This document shows, piece by piece, positions 23,810 through 36,307 of a stretch of DNA of 64,000 nt. Each line of letters starts with the position of its first letter. Position 1 is the first letter of the stretch. The stretch spans positions 108,810,001 to 108,874,000 of the forward strand of contig OX597818.1 of NCBI GenBank assembly GCA_951406725.2, written 5' to 3'. The stretch is from Octopus vulgaris (taxonomy: Eukaryota). The notes under the pieces were generated by a model. The model was not told the DNA's origin. It saw only the letters and a list, made by a program, of their open reading frames with translations, and made no database searches. A program made the position numbers and the translations under genes.

Positions 23810-25408
23810 TATTTCAGTCATTAGACTGTGGCCATGCTATAGCACTGCCTCGAAGAATTTTTCAACCTGGTACTTGTTCTATTAGTCTCCTTTTCCAAAC
23901 TGCTAAGTTTGGAGAGATAAGCACACCAATATCTGTTGGCAAGCAATGCTGAGGACAAACACAAACACATACACACAGATATATACATATACACACAGCT
24001 AAATACATAGGCACACAGATATATACATATACATCATGATTGTTTAACATCCGTTTTCCATGCTAGCATGGGTTGGATGGTTCAACCAGGGTTTGGGAAG
24101 CCAGGAGGCTGCACCAGGCTCCAGTCTGGTCTGGCAGTGTTTCTACAGCTGGATGCCCTTCCCAACGCCAACCACTCCAAGAGTGTAATGGGTGCTTTTT
24201 ACATGCCACCAGCACAGGGGCCAGAGAAGGCTGGCAATGGCCATGATCAGTTGGTGCTTTTTATGTGCACTGGCATGGAAGCCAGTCAAGGCGGTGCTGG
24301 CATCGGCCATGTTCTGATGGTGCTTTTTACGTGCCACTGGCATGGGTATCACAACTACAATTTCCATTTGATTTTTATTTTGATGTACTTGACTCAATAG
24401 GTCTCCTCAAGCACAGCAGGTCGCCCTACAATCCATGGTACTTTTGAATAGGCTGGGGCTGGTTATGCGAAACTGGTGTAGGATATGACCGTGAACTCAC
24501 TTTATTTGTCAGGTTTTCGCAGTCACAGCATATCTCCAGAGATCTTGGTCTTTCGTCATTGCTTCTGTGAGGCCCAACATTCGAAGGTATGCTTGACCAC
24601 CTCATCCCATGTCTTCCTGGGTCTACCTCTACCCCGGATTCCTTCAACTGTTTGGGAGTGGCACTTCTTCACACATCTCTCCTCATCCATCCATAGTACA
24701 TGACCATACCAGTGCAAACATCTCTCTTGCATGCCACATCTGATGCTTCTTATGTCCAACATTTCTCCCGGGGCGCTTACACTCTGTCGTGTGTGTACCC
24801 TGACATTACACATCCAGCAGATCATGCTAGCTTCATTTCTTTTGAGCCTACACATGTCCTCTGCAGTCACGGCCCATGTTTCACTGCCATGAAGCATGGC
24901 AGTTTGCACATATGCATTGTACAATCTACCTTTCACTCTGAGTGAGAGACCCTTTGTCGCCAGTAGGGGTAGAAGCTTTCTAAACTTTACCCAGGCTATT
25001 CTTATTCTTGTGGTAACATTCTCTGAGCATCTATCCCCACTATTAACTTGATCACTTAAGTAGCGGAAGTTATCAACTACTTCTAGTTTCTCCTCCTGGA
25101 GTGTGACACACAGATATATACATATACACACAGATATTTACATATACACACAGATATATACACATATACACAGATGTATACATATACACACAGATGTATA
25201 CATATACACACAGCTAAATACATATACAGACAAATATATACATATACACACAGATATATGACAGGCTTCTTTCGGTTTCTGTGTACCAAATCCACACACA
25301 AAGATTTACTTGGCCCAAGGCTATAGTAGAAGATACTTGCCCAAGGACTGAACCTGGATCCATATGGTTGGGAGGGAAGCTTCTTACCAAACAGGCATGC
25401 CTGCACCT
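23810..25408 (-). mobile_element. SINE family A split by a LINE insertion and a 20-bp minisatellite
   Basis: Tail at about 23810-23960, head at about 25260-25408; ACACACAGATATATACATAT units on both sides of the LINE. Confidence 0.8.
24033..25095 (-). mobile_element. 5'-truncated RTE-type LINE (RT C-terminus plus 3' UTR = family C)
   Basis: EKLEVVDNFRYLSD...LHGSETWAVT...WYGHVLWMDEERCVKK...GRGRPRKTWDEVVKH, continuing directly into the hairpin-unit UTR and (GAT)n tail. Confidence 0.92.
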
Positions 25409-25573
25409 ATAAAGAATTGTTTCGCAAAATGTATTACATACCTTATTGAGTAATAATCTTCTTGGTCATTGACTGAGATACTTGCATGTGTGTGTGTGTA
25501 TGTTAAATGTGAAAGCACATTTGAATGTTTACTCTTATATAGACACATGTACAAGTAGACACAAACATATCGT

Positions 25574-25608
<35 letters not shown>

Positions 25609-25964
25609 TGGCAAACACCATTGCAAAGTGATAATAACTTGATCGCAAGTCCATGATCCATATTTAATTCTGACTCCCCAGTGTAGGGCTACTTGATGCC
25701 TCATGCATACACACTTGACAAAGGCGACAACACTGAACAGTTTCCCATTTACTGCTCTTATAAAACCAGGGTTCCACATTGATTTAAAGAAATGATATTA
25801 GTTATAATGCAGAACCATAATAATTTTCACAAACTGACATTTCATAAAATCAAGATGGAAGTGAGAGGCAGCTGAAAGAAAACAACAACAGGAAGGCAAC
25901 ATGCAATCAAGGCAAAAAAATTCAGCACCAAATATAACTGCAATTAACACCAGTTTTTACGCAC

Positions 25965-26066
25965 CAATTGCTCGAGGTCTTTTATCAGGATTCATGGTTA
26001 AAAGGCTCTGAATGGCAGCACAGGCTTCTTCTGATAATACCTCATCTCCTTCAGGCCAAGGAATAT
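25965..26066 (-). CDS. MASTL: Internal exon of serine/threonine-protein kinase Greatwall (MASTL), kinase C-lobe
   Basis: 102-nt phase 1-1 exon with acceptor TTATTTTCAG and donor GTGCGT. Translates (D)IPWPEGDEVLSEEACAAIQSLLTMNPDKRPRAI, matching the Greatwall DIPWPEGEEKLS...LLT...KR motif. Absent from the ORF track. Confidence 0.85.
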
Positions 26067-26304
26067 CTGAAAATAATTTAAGTCCAATAAACCAACAATA
26101 ATTACAAAAAAAAGAAAATAAAGTCTGAATAAATATAAAAAATTAAAATAAACATTTTGCATTAAAAAAAATTTCCCATTGCAAAATCAATTACTCTCTA
26201 AGATGGGCAGCCATAAGGTGTAATTAGTCCATAGTTGATTACTAAAAAACATTTCTTCGCTAATTTCCTCAAGCACTGATTCATTGCCTAATAAGGTTGG
26301 TTTT

Positions 26305-29300
26305 GCCTAAAAAGGTAGTGGGTAGCGAACTTCTTCACTACTTCTTCAGGGAGTGATGACTCTGCCTGACACGAGTTTTGGGCTCAGCTGGCTCCGGCTG
26401 ACAGTACCTGGTATGGGCCCCTATCCAGGGTTACGGAAAGGAGGCAACCTTCAAAGAAATCCGGAGTGGAGTCCCAAAGGCGGTCTAGTGTTCGACTCGA
26501 CACTCTTCCAGCAGCTCCTGCAACCAAGCTGGTGCCAAACGTAATGCACTGCACTCCTTTGGACTACATCAGCAAGGTCGAGAGAGGAAACCTGACGATT
26601 GGGCTACCCAGGACTTTCTTATCTATAGCCCAGGCCTGCACAAAACTGGAGAGGACACTTCAGTGCTGCTGTAAATAGCTGCAGAAACAACACGGGAGGT
26701 AACAGTCACGAGTGATAAGTCCATTAAGATTGGCGTAAAATATGGGCGCTACGGGTTACCTCTGATGGTGGGAGGGACCTCCGTGTCCTATTGGTTAGCT
26801 ACTGCCCACCTCAAGCTGGGCAGCCCCCAGTTAATAAGGTGCTGACCCACCACAGGCCGCCTGCTCCATTGGGTGCTTGGAGCTAAGAGTATGACTTGAA
26901 AAGCGGCCTGCAACCCCTGCACCAGGCAAACAACTAAAAGTCAAGAAAACACCAGTTCTGCGGTTGGCAAGCTGGAATATCAGGACCATGTGTCCCAGAA
27001 TATCTGATGATCTACTCAGGATTGAAGACACAAGGAAAACGGCCATCATTGACCGTGAACATAGATATTGCTGGGCTGCAGGAGACAAGACTTCCCTCAA
27101 ACGGCAAACTCAAAGAGCAGGATTTCACCTTCTTTTGGCAGGGAAGCGATCCAGAAGAACCTCGTCAACATGGCGTTGGCTTTGCAGTGAGAAACTCACT
27201 ACTCTCCTCAATAGAACCACCATCAGGAGGCACTGAGCGTAACCTCTCACTGCGCCTCTCGACTTCTTCTGGCTCAGTACATCTACTCAGCATCTATGCT
27301 CCCACTCTCTACAGCTCAGAGGAGACCAAGGACCAGTTCTACAAAGATCTCAACTGTGTCATAGAAAATATACCGACTGAAAATATCTACCTTCTAGGGG
27401 ATTTTAACGCTCGCGTGGGATCTGACCATGATTCGTGGCCCATTTGTGTTGGACACTTTGGTATTGGCAACATGAATGACAATGGTCAGAGACTACTCGA
27501 ATTCTGCACATACCACAACCTGTGCATCACAAACACATTCTTTACCAACAAGCCATCCCACAAGGCATCCTGGAGACATGCAAGATCTCACCACTGGCAT
27601 CAGCTGGATCTCATCATTACACGGAGATCCTTTCTGAATTCTACTCTATTGACCCGCAGTTACCACAGCGCGGATTGTGACACAGACCACTCACTAATTA
27701 GAAGTAGGGTGAGGATTCTGCCTAAAAAAGTCCATCGCTCCAAGAAAGTGGGCCGACCACGCATCAACACGGCCAGAACCTCAGACCCTACACTGCGAAA
27801 ATGTTTTGCTGCTTCTATCAAGGTTGCCCTCAGTAGCTGCCCAACCTCCTCTGCTGAAAGTAGGTGGAACTATATCAGGGAAGCCTTGAATACAACATCA
27901 ATAGATACTTTCGGCATGAGAGAAAGGCAAAACCCAGATTGGTTCAATGCTGGGCTCTCAGAGCTGGAGCCAGTTATCGAAGCAAAGCGTGCAGCTCTGA
28001 TGCAACACAAGAGTGACTCTTCTACAAAGTCACTCGAAGAACTCAGAAAGGCACGAAATAAAACCCAACTGACAGCCAGACGCTGTGCAAATAGGTATTG
28101 GCAGGAAATCTATCAGAGTATCCAGTCAGCTGCTGACAGAGGTGACACCCGTGGGATGTATGCCGGTTTGAAGAAGGCCCTCGGTCCATCCGCAACCAAG
28201 TCAGCCCCTCTGAAATCAACTACTGGTGATCTCATCAGGGATCAAGGCAAGCAAATGGATAGATGGGTGGAGCACTACCAGGATCTCTACTCACAGGAGA
28301 CTACAGTGGCTGAGACTGCAGTCGAGAGTGTCAAGATCTTGCCAGTCATGTGCGAACTTGACAGTCCGCCATCTATAGCAGAGCTCACCAAGGCTGTTGA
28401 CTCCCGAGCAAGAAATAAGGTTCCGTGAAAAGACGGCTTCCCCTCAGAGATCATCAAAGCCGGCAAAAACACCATCCTGCTTTGGCACCTTCATGAGCTT
28501 CTGTGTCAGTGCTGGGAAGAGGGTACAGTCCCTCAGGATATGTGGGATGCTAACATCATTACGCTTTACAAAAACAAAGGTGACCGTGGTGATTGTAACA
28601 ATTACCATGGTATATCTCTTCTAAGCACTGTTGGAAAGACCTTTGCCCGCGTTATCCTGGCCAGGCTACAACTACTTGCTTCTCGAATCTATCCGGAATT
28701 GCAGTGTGGCTTTAGAAGAAGCAGATCAACTATCGATATGATATTCTCCATACGCCAACTTCAGGAGAAGTCCAGAGAGCAGAAAATGCCATTATATATG
28801 GCCTTCATTGATCTAACAAAGGCTTTTGACTCGGTAAACAAAACAGGCCTCTTCATCCTGCTCCAAAAAATCGGATGTCCACCAAAGCTGCTGAGGATCA
28901 TCAAGTCTTTCCATGATGACATGCAGGGCACCATACAGCACAACGGCTCAACATCAGCTGCCTTCCAAATAAAAAACAGGGTAAAGCAAGTTTGTGTCCT
29001 CGCTCCTACATTGGCATCTTCTTCTCGCTCTTACTTTAACATGCCTTTCAGACATCAGATGATGGAGTGTTTCTGCACAGTAGAAGTGACGGGAAACTGT
29101 TCAATCTCTCGCGCCTGCGTGTCAAGACCAAAATCAGAAACGTCCTGATCAAGGAGATGTTATTTGCTGATGATGCCGCTCTGGTATCACACACAGAAGA
29201 AGCCCTCCAAAGGCTCATTAACTGTTTTGAGAAAGCATGTAACGACTTTGGCTTAGCTATCAGCCTTAAGAAGACCAACATCATGGGTCAGGCTACATCG

Positions 29301-30173
29301 GATATCCCAAACATACATATTGGAGACCACAGATTACAAGAGGTGGAGAAGTTTACCTATCTGGGCTCTACCGTCACCTACAACCTATCCCTTGATGCTG
29401 AGCTCAATATACGCATTGGCAAGGCAGCTGCTGCGATGGCCCAACCCTCCAAACGGGCTTGGGACAATAATAAGCTGACCAAGACCACGAAAATGAAGAT
29501 CTACCAGGCATGTGTACTCAGCACTCTACTGTATGGAAGTGAGACTTGGACGCTATACACACGCCAAGAGCGTCGCCTAAACATCTTTCACCTGCGCTGC
29601 CTCCGAAAAATCCTCTGCATCAAATGGCAGAATCATATCCCCAACAAAGATGTCCTCAGGCAAGCAGGAATACCAAGCATGTTTGCACTCCTCACACAAA
29701 GACATATGAGATGGCTTGGGCATGTTAGCCGTATGAAAGATGGCAGAATCCCCAAGGACATACTGTACGGAGAGCTTGCTAGGGGTACTAGGTCTGTGGG
29801 TAGACCGATCTTACATTACAAGGATGTTTGAAAAAGGGACATGAAGGCCTGCAACATCAATATTAGCGGTTGGGAGGCAGTTGCCGGCAACCGTGAGAAT
29901 GGCAACGTACCGTAAAAGAGGGAATACAAAGGAGTGACAGAGAGAGAGAGGAGAAATGAAAAGAAAAGAAGAGACGTCAACAAGAAACTATGGCATTACT
30001 ACCAGCCAGGAACAGTCTTCGCTACATTTGCGGTACCTGCCAGAGGGAGTGTTTGTCCAGGATAGGACTACACAGCCACAGCAGGAAATGTATCATAACA
30101 TGAAATGTAAAAGCCGGACTAGACTACTTTATGCGCAACTCCATTGTCTCCCGAGACAAAAAGGATGCCAACC
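26305..30173 (+). mobile_element. Full-length RTE/BovB-clade LINE (~3.87 kb)
   Basis: 12-bp TSD AAGGTTGGTTTT at 26293-26304 and 30174-30185; ~590-bp 5' UTR; APE and RT coding sequence; 3' hairpin TTGTCTCCCGAGACAA. Confidence 0.95.
26895..30100 (+). pseudogene. Disrupted RTE ORF: APE endonuclease, reverse transcriptase and C-terminal C2H2-like motif
   Basis: WNIRT, LQETRL, LGDFNARVG, DTDHSL (APE); QCGFR, FIDLTKAFDSV, LFADDA, YLGS (RT); CGTCQRECLSRIGLHSH. Several frameshifts and stops (e.g. 28426, 29829). Confidence 0.93.
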
Positions 30174-30309
30174 AAGGTTGGTTTTACATAAATGTTGTTA
30201 TTTTGATAAGTTATATGTCAACGGCATCTTTAGTTTCTCTTGGACTCTAAGTTTTTTTGTTTTTTTTTGCTTACTCTTTGTCTTTGGGTTTTACGCATGC
30301 GAAATTATG

Positions 30310-30786
30310 CATATTGAAATCGAAATTGAACCACATTCAATGACTGGCACCCATGCCAGTGGAGCACTAACAGCTCCATCCAAGTGGGATCACTGCCAGA
30401 GCAGCTGTCTGGCATGTAAAGAACACCATTTGAGCATGATCGTTGTCAGCATCGCTTCACTGGCACTTCTGCTGGTCGCACGTGAATAAAGCATTCAAGC
30501 AAGGTCGTTGCCAGTGCTGCTGGACTGACTCCTGTACAGGTGGCACATAAAAAACACCATTTTCGAGCGTGGCTGTTGCCAGTACAGCCAGACTGGCCCT
30601 TGTGCCGGTGGCACTTTAAAAGCACCCACTACACTCTCGGAGTGGTTGGTGTTAGGAAGAGCATCCAGCTGTAGAAACTCTGCCAGATCAGATGGGGAGC
30701 CTGGTGCAGCCATCTGGTTCGCCAGTCCTCAGTCAAATCGTCCAACCCATGCTAGCATGGAAAGCGGATGTTAAACGATGATGATG
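30310..30786 (+). mobile_element. RTE-type LINE 3' UTR (family C) with several hairpin units
   Basis: About 4-5 tandem ~60-65-bp units before the core and (GAT)n tail. Confidence 0.88.
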
Positions 30787-30869
30787 TAGATGCTCTCAGC
30801 TCACCTGATCAAAGTATTAACCGAGTGGATTGGATGACCTACACACAGGCATCGATTGATACATCTTTT

Positions 30870-31069
30870 ATTTTCTACTTGCTTCGGTCATTAGACTGTG
30901 GTCATGCTGGAGCACCATCTTGAAGAATTTTTAGTCAAATGAATCAACCCAGTACTTATCTTTGTCTTTAAGACTGTTAATTATTTTATCAGTCTCTTTT
31001 GCTGAACTGCCAAGTTACAGGGATTTAAACACACCAACACCAATTCTCTTGTGGTAGTAGGGACAAACA

Positions 31070-31119
<50 letters not shown>

Positions 31120-31510
31120 CATACTCAAAATAAGATACAAGTATATCCAAGGTAGAGTAGTACAATTGTTTCAGGCTACTTCATTTTAGTAAACACTGTA
31201 AGTATTACATCAGTTTTAAAATGTCGAGCAACCTTCAGCCACTTATAAAATTTTCCAATCAAACGGACAATGCACATTCTTATCCCTATTTCATTTGCCA
31301 ACATTACAAAGAGGGTAGATATATAGACAGAGAGGTTGATTTCATTCTAAAGTACCATATTCATCTGAATCTATATATATATATATAAGCTGAACTGCTT
31401 TCAGTTTTCATCTACCAAATCCACTTGCCCATGATGCCATGCAGCAGGGCTGAACTCAGAACAGTGTAGTTAGGAAACAAGCTTCTTACCACACAGCTAC
31501 ACTTGCACCT
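30870..31510 (-). mobile_element. SINE family A with an insert in its (TA)n tract
   Basis: Tail about 30870-31070, head about 31390-31510, foreign ~250-bp segment between TA runs. Confidence 0.8.
31156..31243 (-). ncRNA. Degenerate minimal hammerhead-like motif (Penelope-type)
   Basis: Minus strand: AGTGG-CTGAA-GGTTGCT...AGTAGCC-T-GAAAC-AATT-GTA-CTACT. Stems I and II pair and stem III is palindromic, but the core lacks an intact CUGANGA. Confidence 0.45.
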
Positions 31511-34159
31511 GTAGAAAAATCTCAGCTAAAGATATTCAGTGCAGTCACTACAATAATGAAGTGTTACTGATTAAATGAAATATATTAAATTAGGGAGGTA
31601 CCACAAGAAAGGTACTTGGTAACGAACAACTCAAGTTACTTAGTTAGCATCTCTAGTTTATTAATTTTGTGAGAGAATAATTCAAAACCTGTGCAGTTTT
31701 CAATTTATTAATTCAATGAACATACTGAGAAGATTCACATGACTGGTGCAGAACCTCCGAGATTGGTGGGAAATATAAGCTGCTGATGATTGAAGTTCTG
31801 TAAATAAATAGCTGTTGGAAAAGGGTGAGTGGGGAGGGTATTCTGAAGGGTTGCAGGTCTGAGAAGGATTAGAAAAATACTTTAGTGGAGGATGATGGCA
31901 TAGAAGTGAAGCAGAGAAGGGCAATGATAAGAAGTGAGAGGTGTTTGGCTTGTCCGAGTTGGGGGTTAATAAGTGCAGATGAGGAAAGTTTGTTGTGGTA
32001 GTAAAGGAAGAGATGTAGAGAATGTGAAACCTGGCCTTTGTATCAAATCTGAGGGCTTTGGGTAAATATTGTTTATAGGTGCCGGAGAGGCAATGTGGTA
32101 AGTAGTTTGCTTCCCAAAAGGGTCCAGGTTCAACCTCACTGCATGGAACCTAAGGCAGTTTGCCTTCGACCAAAGCCATACAAATGGTAAACAGAAACTG
32201 AAAGAAGCCCATCATATATATATATATATATATATACATACACACACACATACATACAGAGGTACCAGAGCTGAGGCTTACGTGCTTATGCAGTGTACCT
32301 ATTGATTTAGCTCAGCAGTAAACTAAACCCCTCATGTTATATATATATATATATATAGAGAGAGATATAGTATATATAAATGATAAATGGCATTAGGAAG
32401 GCTGTCCAGCCACAGAAATCATGCCAAATCAGAATGGAGTCTGGTGCAGCTCTGGTCAAACTGGTCCAACCCATGCCAGCATGGGCGTTGGACATTATAT
32501 GATGATGAAGATGATATATGGTTGGAAGACAGAGAACACACACACACACATATATATATGCTATGTCTCCCAACCACATATATATCATCATCATTATCAT
32601 TATATATATATATTCTTGATATTAGTTCAAATCAGGTGAGTATGATGTTTTTTTATATGTCTAGATACTTGTGTGGCTAGACATGTAAATTACAAAGTTG
32701 TATGTGTGTGTGTGGTGGTGGGGGGGGATAAGTACTTTTCTTTTCCCAGTATTTTTAACAGTCTTATTTTTCTGTGAGCCAGAGAAGAGGGAGCTGTGTG
32801 CATGCCATTGTCATTTCCACACACCTCCCTATCTTCATCCGCCTCAGACTGGTCTGATTGATGCAACTGAAGACCAGTCTGCAGCCCCACCACCCCAACC
32901 ATCTGCAGGTCAAGGCTTGCAGAATTATGGGCTGATAAGATTGTTTTATGTTGGTGAATAGAGACATTTTAAAGCAGGAAGTTATTTAAAAGAAAAGTAT
33001 AAAAGCCCCGCCGAATAGTCTTTAAAATACCTTCCCCACACACACACACTTTTGGCATGAAACCAAAACAGAGACAATATTAGAAATCATTACTTCAACA
33101 ATTTAGAAAGATTTAGTAGGAAAATTTTCCTTAAAAAAAAATCATTTTATGGGGAATTAGAAACAGTGTAAATAAATCTCAGAAGTGATTTGGTCTGAGA
33201 CTGTGTCGAACCTGAAGCATTTCCTTCAAAGAAGAGCCATTCTAGCCATCTAAAGCATAAAAACCGATAAAACAAACCTGACTCATCCATGATAATAATT
33301 ACTGTGTTAATAAAATCCTTGAGAAGTCTTGTTAATTGAGTTGCAACTTTCATAACCATCATCAGTCTACAAGTAACATTTTGATAAGCTTTCTATAATA
33401 TTTCTAGTCACTTAAAAATAATCAATCAAAGACAATTCCAGTAAACCTTTGAAGAAAACTCACTGAATTTAGAATGAAACACAAGAAAAAAACACAAAGT
33501 GGAACACAGAAATATCCACAATAACAAACTGAAGTTGGTTTCAGATATTTTATGGAACCAGATAAAAGTAAAATCTGATGAAAAGACTCATCACTTGGAT
33601 GCCATTCAATACAATTATGCCATAATTACATAAAGGGGTCTACTGCCATTCCTATTCCTCCAGCAACTTTGAAAGTTTGATCTCTTCTTTCTCCTCCTCC
33701 TCCTTTTAAAACCACTTATTGGCTTATCAGGACATATCTTTGGCCGTATAACAGAATGTCAATTTAATCTACCGGTGTGATGCAATTAAAATGTGTCCTT
33801 GCATTTAATCCTTGATGGAATCAAAGATTGACCGAAGATATGAGGAACTATGTCACCTCTGTTCAATTTGATATAAGGGGTTGTGATCAGATCGTTAAAC
33901 TTGACAGACAAATGCAAAAGTGGAGTGAGCTACTTTTAATTTGATGTTAAAGCTAAAATCTAAACCACAATTTGTCAACTCAATCATCTTTCTTCAAGCT
34001 ACACTCCACTACAACCCATCAAACCCAGTCATTCTTTCTCTTTGAAAAAGAGACAAGTATTCAAAATGTTTGATTTTCCACTCTTTACAGCAAATTAAAT
34101 TATTTTTCTTCTACAAACATTTACAGAATCATTTCACCAAATGCAGAGCCTTGTCTTTT

Positions 34160-34580
34160 ACCTTTTGCTTGTTTGTTTCAGTCATTAGACTGTGGCCATA
34201 CTGGGGCACCGCATTCAAAAATCTTTAGTTGAATGAAACAATTCTGGTACTTTCTTTAGTTTAAAGCCTGGTACCTATTCTATCAGTCTCCTTTAGTGAA
34301 CTGCTAAGTTACAGGGATGTAAACACACCAACACTGGTTGTCAAGTGGTGGTCATGGGGGGGGGGACTATCACAAAGACATGCACAAACATATGCATTCA
34401 TACACACACACACACACAACAGGCTTTTTACAGTATTTCACTACCAAATCCACTCACAAAGCTTTGGCAGTCTTGAGGCTGTAGAAGAAAAGACTTGCTA
34501 AGGTGCAATATAGTGGGACTGAACCCAGAACTATGTGGTTGAGAAGCAGGCTTCTTAACACACAGTCATACCTGTGCCTA
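34160..34580 (-). mobile_element. SINE family A
   Basis: Full-length diverged copy. Confidence 0.85.
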
Positions 34581-34766
34581 TATGGTTAGTGTTAGGATAT
34601 AATTATATTTTTTTCTCCTTCTTATTCTGTATTCTATCTGAACAGAGTTGGATAGTCACGTGAAAGATGAAAAACAGTCAAGCAATTTAAAAAAAATTCT
34701 CTATATGGTCTTTTGACCAGCTAGAAATAGCTGCCAAATGCTAATCTTAAAAAAAAAAAAAAAGAC

Positions 34767-35120
34767 ACATGGCTGTGTGGTTGCTTCCCAACCACATGGT
34801 TCTGACTTCAGTCCCTCTGTGTGGCACCTTGATCAAAAGTCTTCTACTATAGCCTCAAGCTGACCAAAGCCTTGTGTGTAGATTTTGTAGATGGAAACTG
34901 AAAGAAGCCTGTCGTATATATTTCTGTGAGTGTCTGTGCTTGCCCCCCCCCATCACATGATAACCATTGTTGGTGTGTTTATGTCGCTGTAACTTAGCAG
35001 TTCGGCAAAGGAGACCGATAGAATAAGTAATAGGCTTACAAAGAATAAGTCCTGGGGTTGATTTGTTTGATTAAAGGCAGTGCTCCAGCATGGCTGCAGC
35101 CAAATGACAGAAACAAGTAA
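34767..35120 (+). mobile_element. SINE family A
   Basis: Full-length copy, head-to-head with 34160-34580. Confidence 0.85.
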
Positions 35121-36236
35121 ATGACTAAATGATTGAATAAATAGAGCATAACAGAAAAAGAGACATGATGATCATATCTGGAACACCTTTGATAATAAGG
35201 CTGCTTGATATGAGCTGATGTAGAACCAAATGACAACAAAACCCACTAATTAATCAGACTCGATAGGAAGAAATAAAAACACCACAGTGTACAGTCATAA
35301 GACAATCATAAGAGTACAATCATAAGAACGCGTCTTTTTAATCCTTTAAATTTTAACCAATGGTGTGTATCTATAAACCACATGGTTCCTTTTCAAAAGC
35401 ACACTTCACTTTTCTTACCAGGTTCTTTCCAGATTGAAGAAAGAAAAAAGAAAACCAAAAACACAAAACAAAACCACAGCTGATAGAGACACAAATGCAG
35501 AAACATTGATTTACAGAGATCTAGAAAAGATTGGTTTACTCTCATAATGTATATCACCAGAGAATCATGAAAAATATTTCCCAGTAGGAAGGAAATATAC
35601 TTAAATCTGTGATTAATCTATCAATCATATTTCTTTGGACACTGCATTCACACCTCTGTCACTGTACCACTTCTCCAAACACATAAGAAATATCACTAAC
35701 ACATTGAGCAGGTACTCCTCCTCTTCAACAGCAACTGCTGCTGCTGCTACTACTTTCAGTCCCACCCCAATGATAACTAACAAAACTATTGATTTCTATC
35801 ATAAGAAGAAGGTCACACATTTTGGCAGAGGTAAGAATGGACTACACTGAACCTGGCAGCTGACTGGTACTTATTTTCTTGGGTACAAAGATAAATGGCT
35901 GAGTAGATTCAATGAAATTCCAAATTGGAATATGAAGTAGAGAGAGAGACGACTACTAAATAGCAGAATGCATTTTTCTGTCCTACATTCTATTAATTCT
36001 TGCTAATCCACCCCATTTACAAGTAAGAAGAATTCTGAAAGTACAAGTATGTGTGTGTGTGTGTATGTATGAAGTTCCATAACATAAAATCAGAAGTGAG
36101 TAATTTTGCTTACAATTTTTGTTTAACTTTTTGAATGTAAACTATGGAAGAAAGTGAAAATATTTTTTCCCAATGTGTAAACCAGGTTATATACACCGTA
36201 TGTGTAGGAATTAGATTTTTAAAAAAATTTGTTAGT

Positions 36237-36243
36237 CTGTCTG

Positions 36244-36305
<62 letters not shown>
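36237..36305. repeat. (CT)n(CA)n microsatellite
   Basis: Direct inspection. Confidence 0.95.

Positions 36306-36307
<2 letters not shown>

Noticed and set aside
29956-30489. 177-aa ORF after the RTE
   Set aside because: Out-of-frame read-through across the RTE end, its TSD, flanking DNA and a family C repeat; a chimera rather than a gene.
30340-30630. Repeat-and-spacer appearance resembling a CRISPR array
   Set aside because: Eukaryotic context, no cas genes, the 'spacers' are homologous to each other, and the array is part of a LINE 3' UTR.
33175-33292. Possible intronic C/D-box snoRNA on the minus strand (TGGATGA...CTGA)
   Set aside because: Non-canonical C box, weak terminal stem, and only an imperfect, gapped complement to rRNA as I recall it.
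33857-33915. Minus-strand FND...LNR followed by GT, resembling the end of the upstream MASTL exon
   Set aside because: Spacing and intervening residues do not match PPFNDETPxxVFxNILxR and there is no DWW motif; likely chance.
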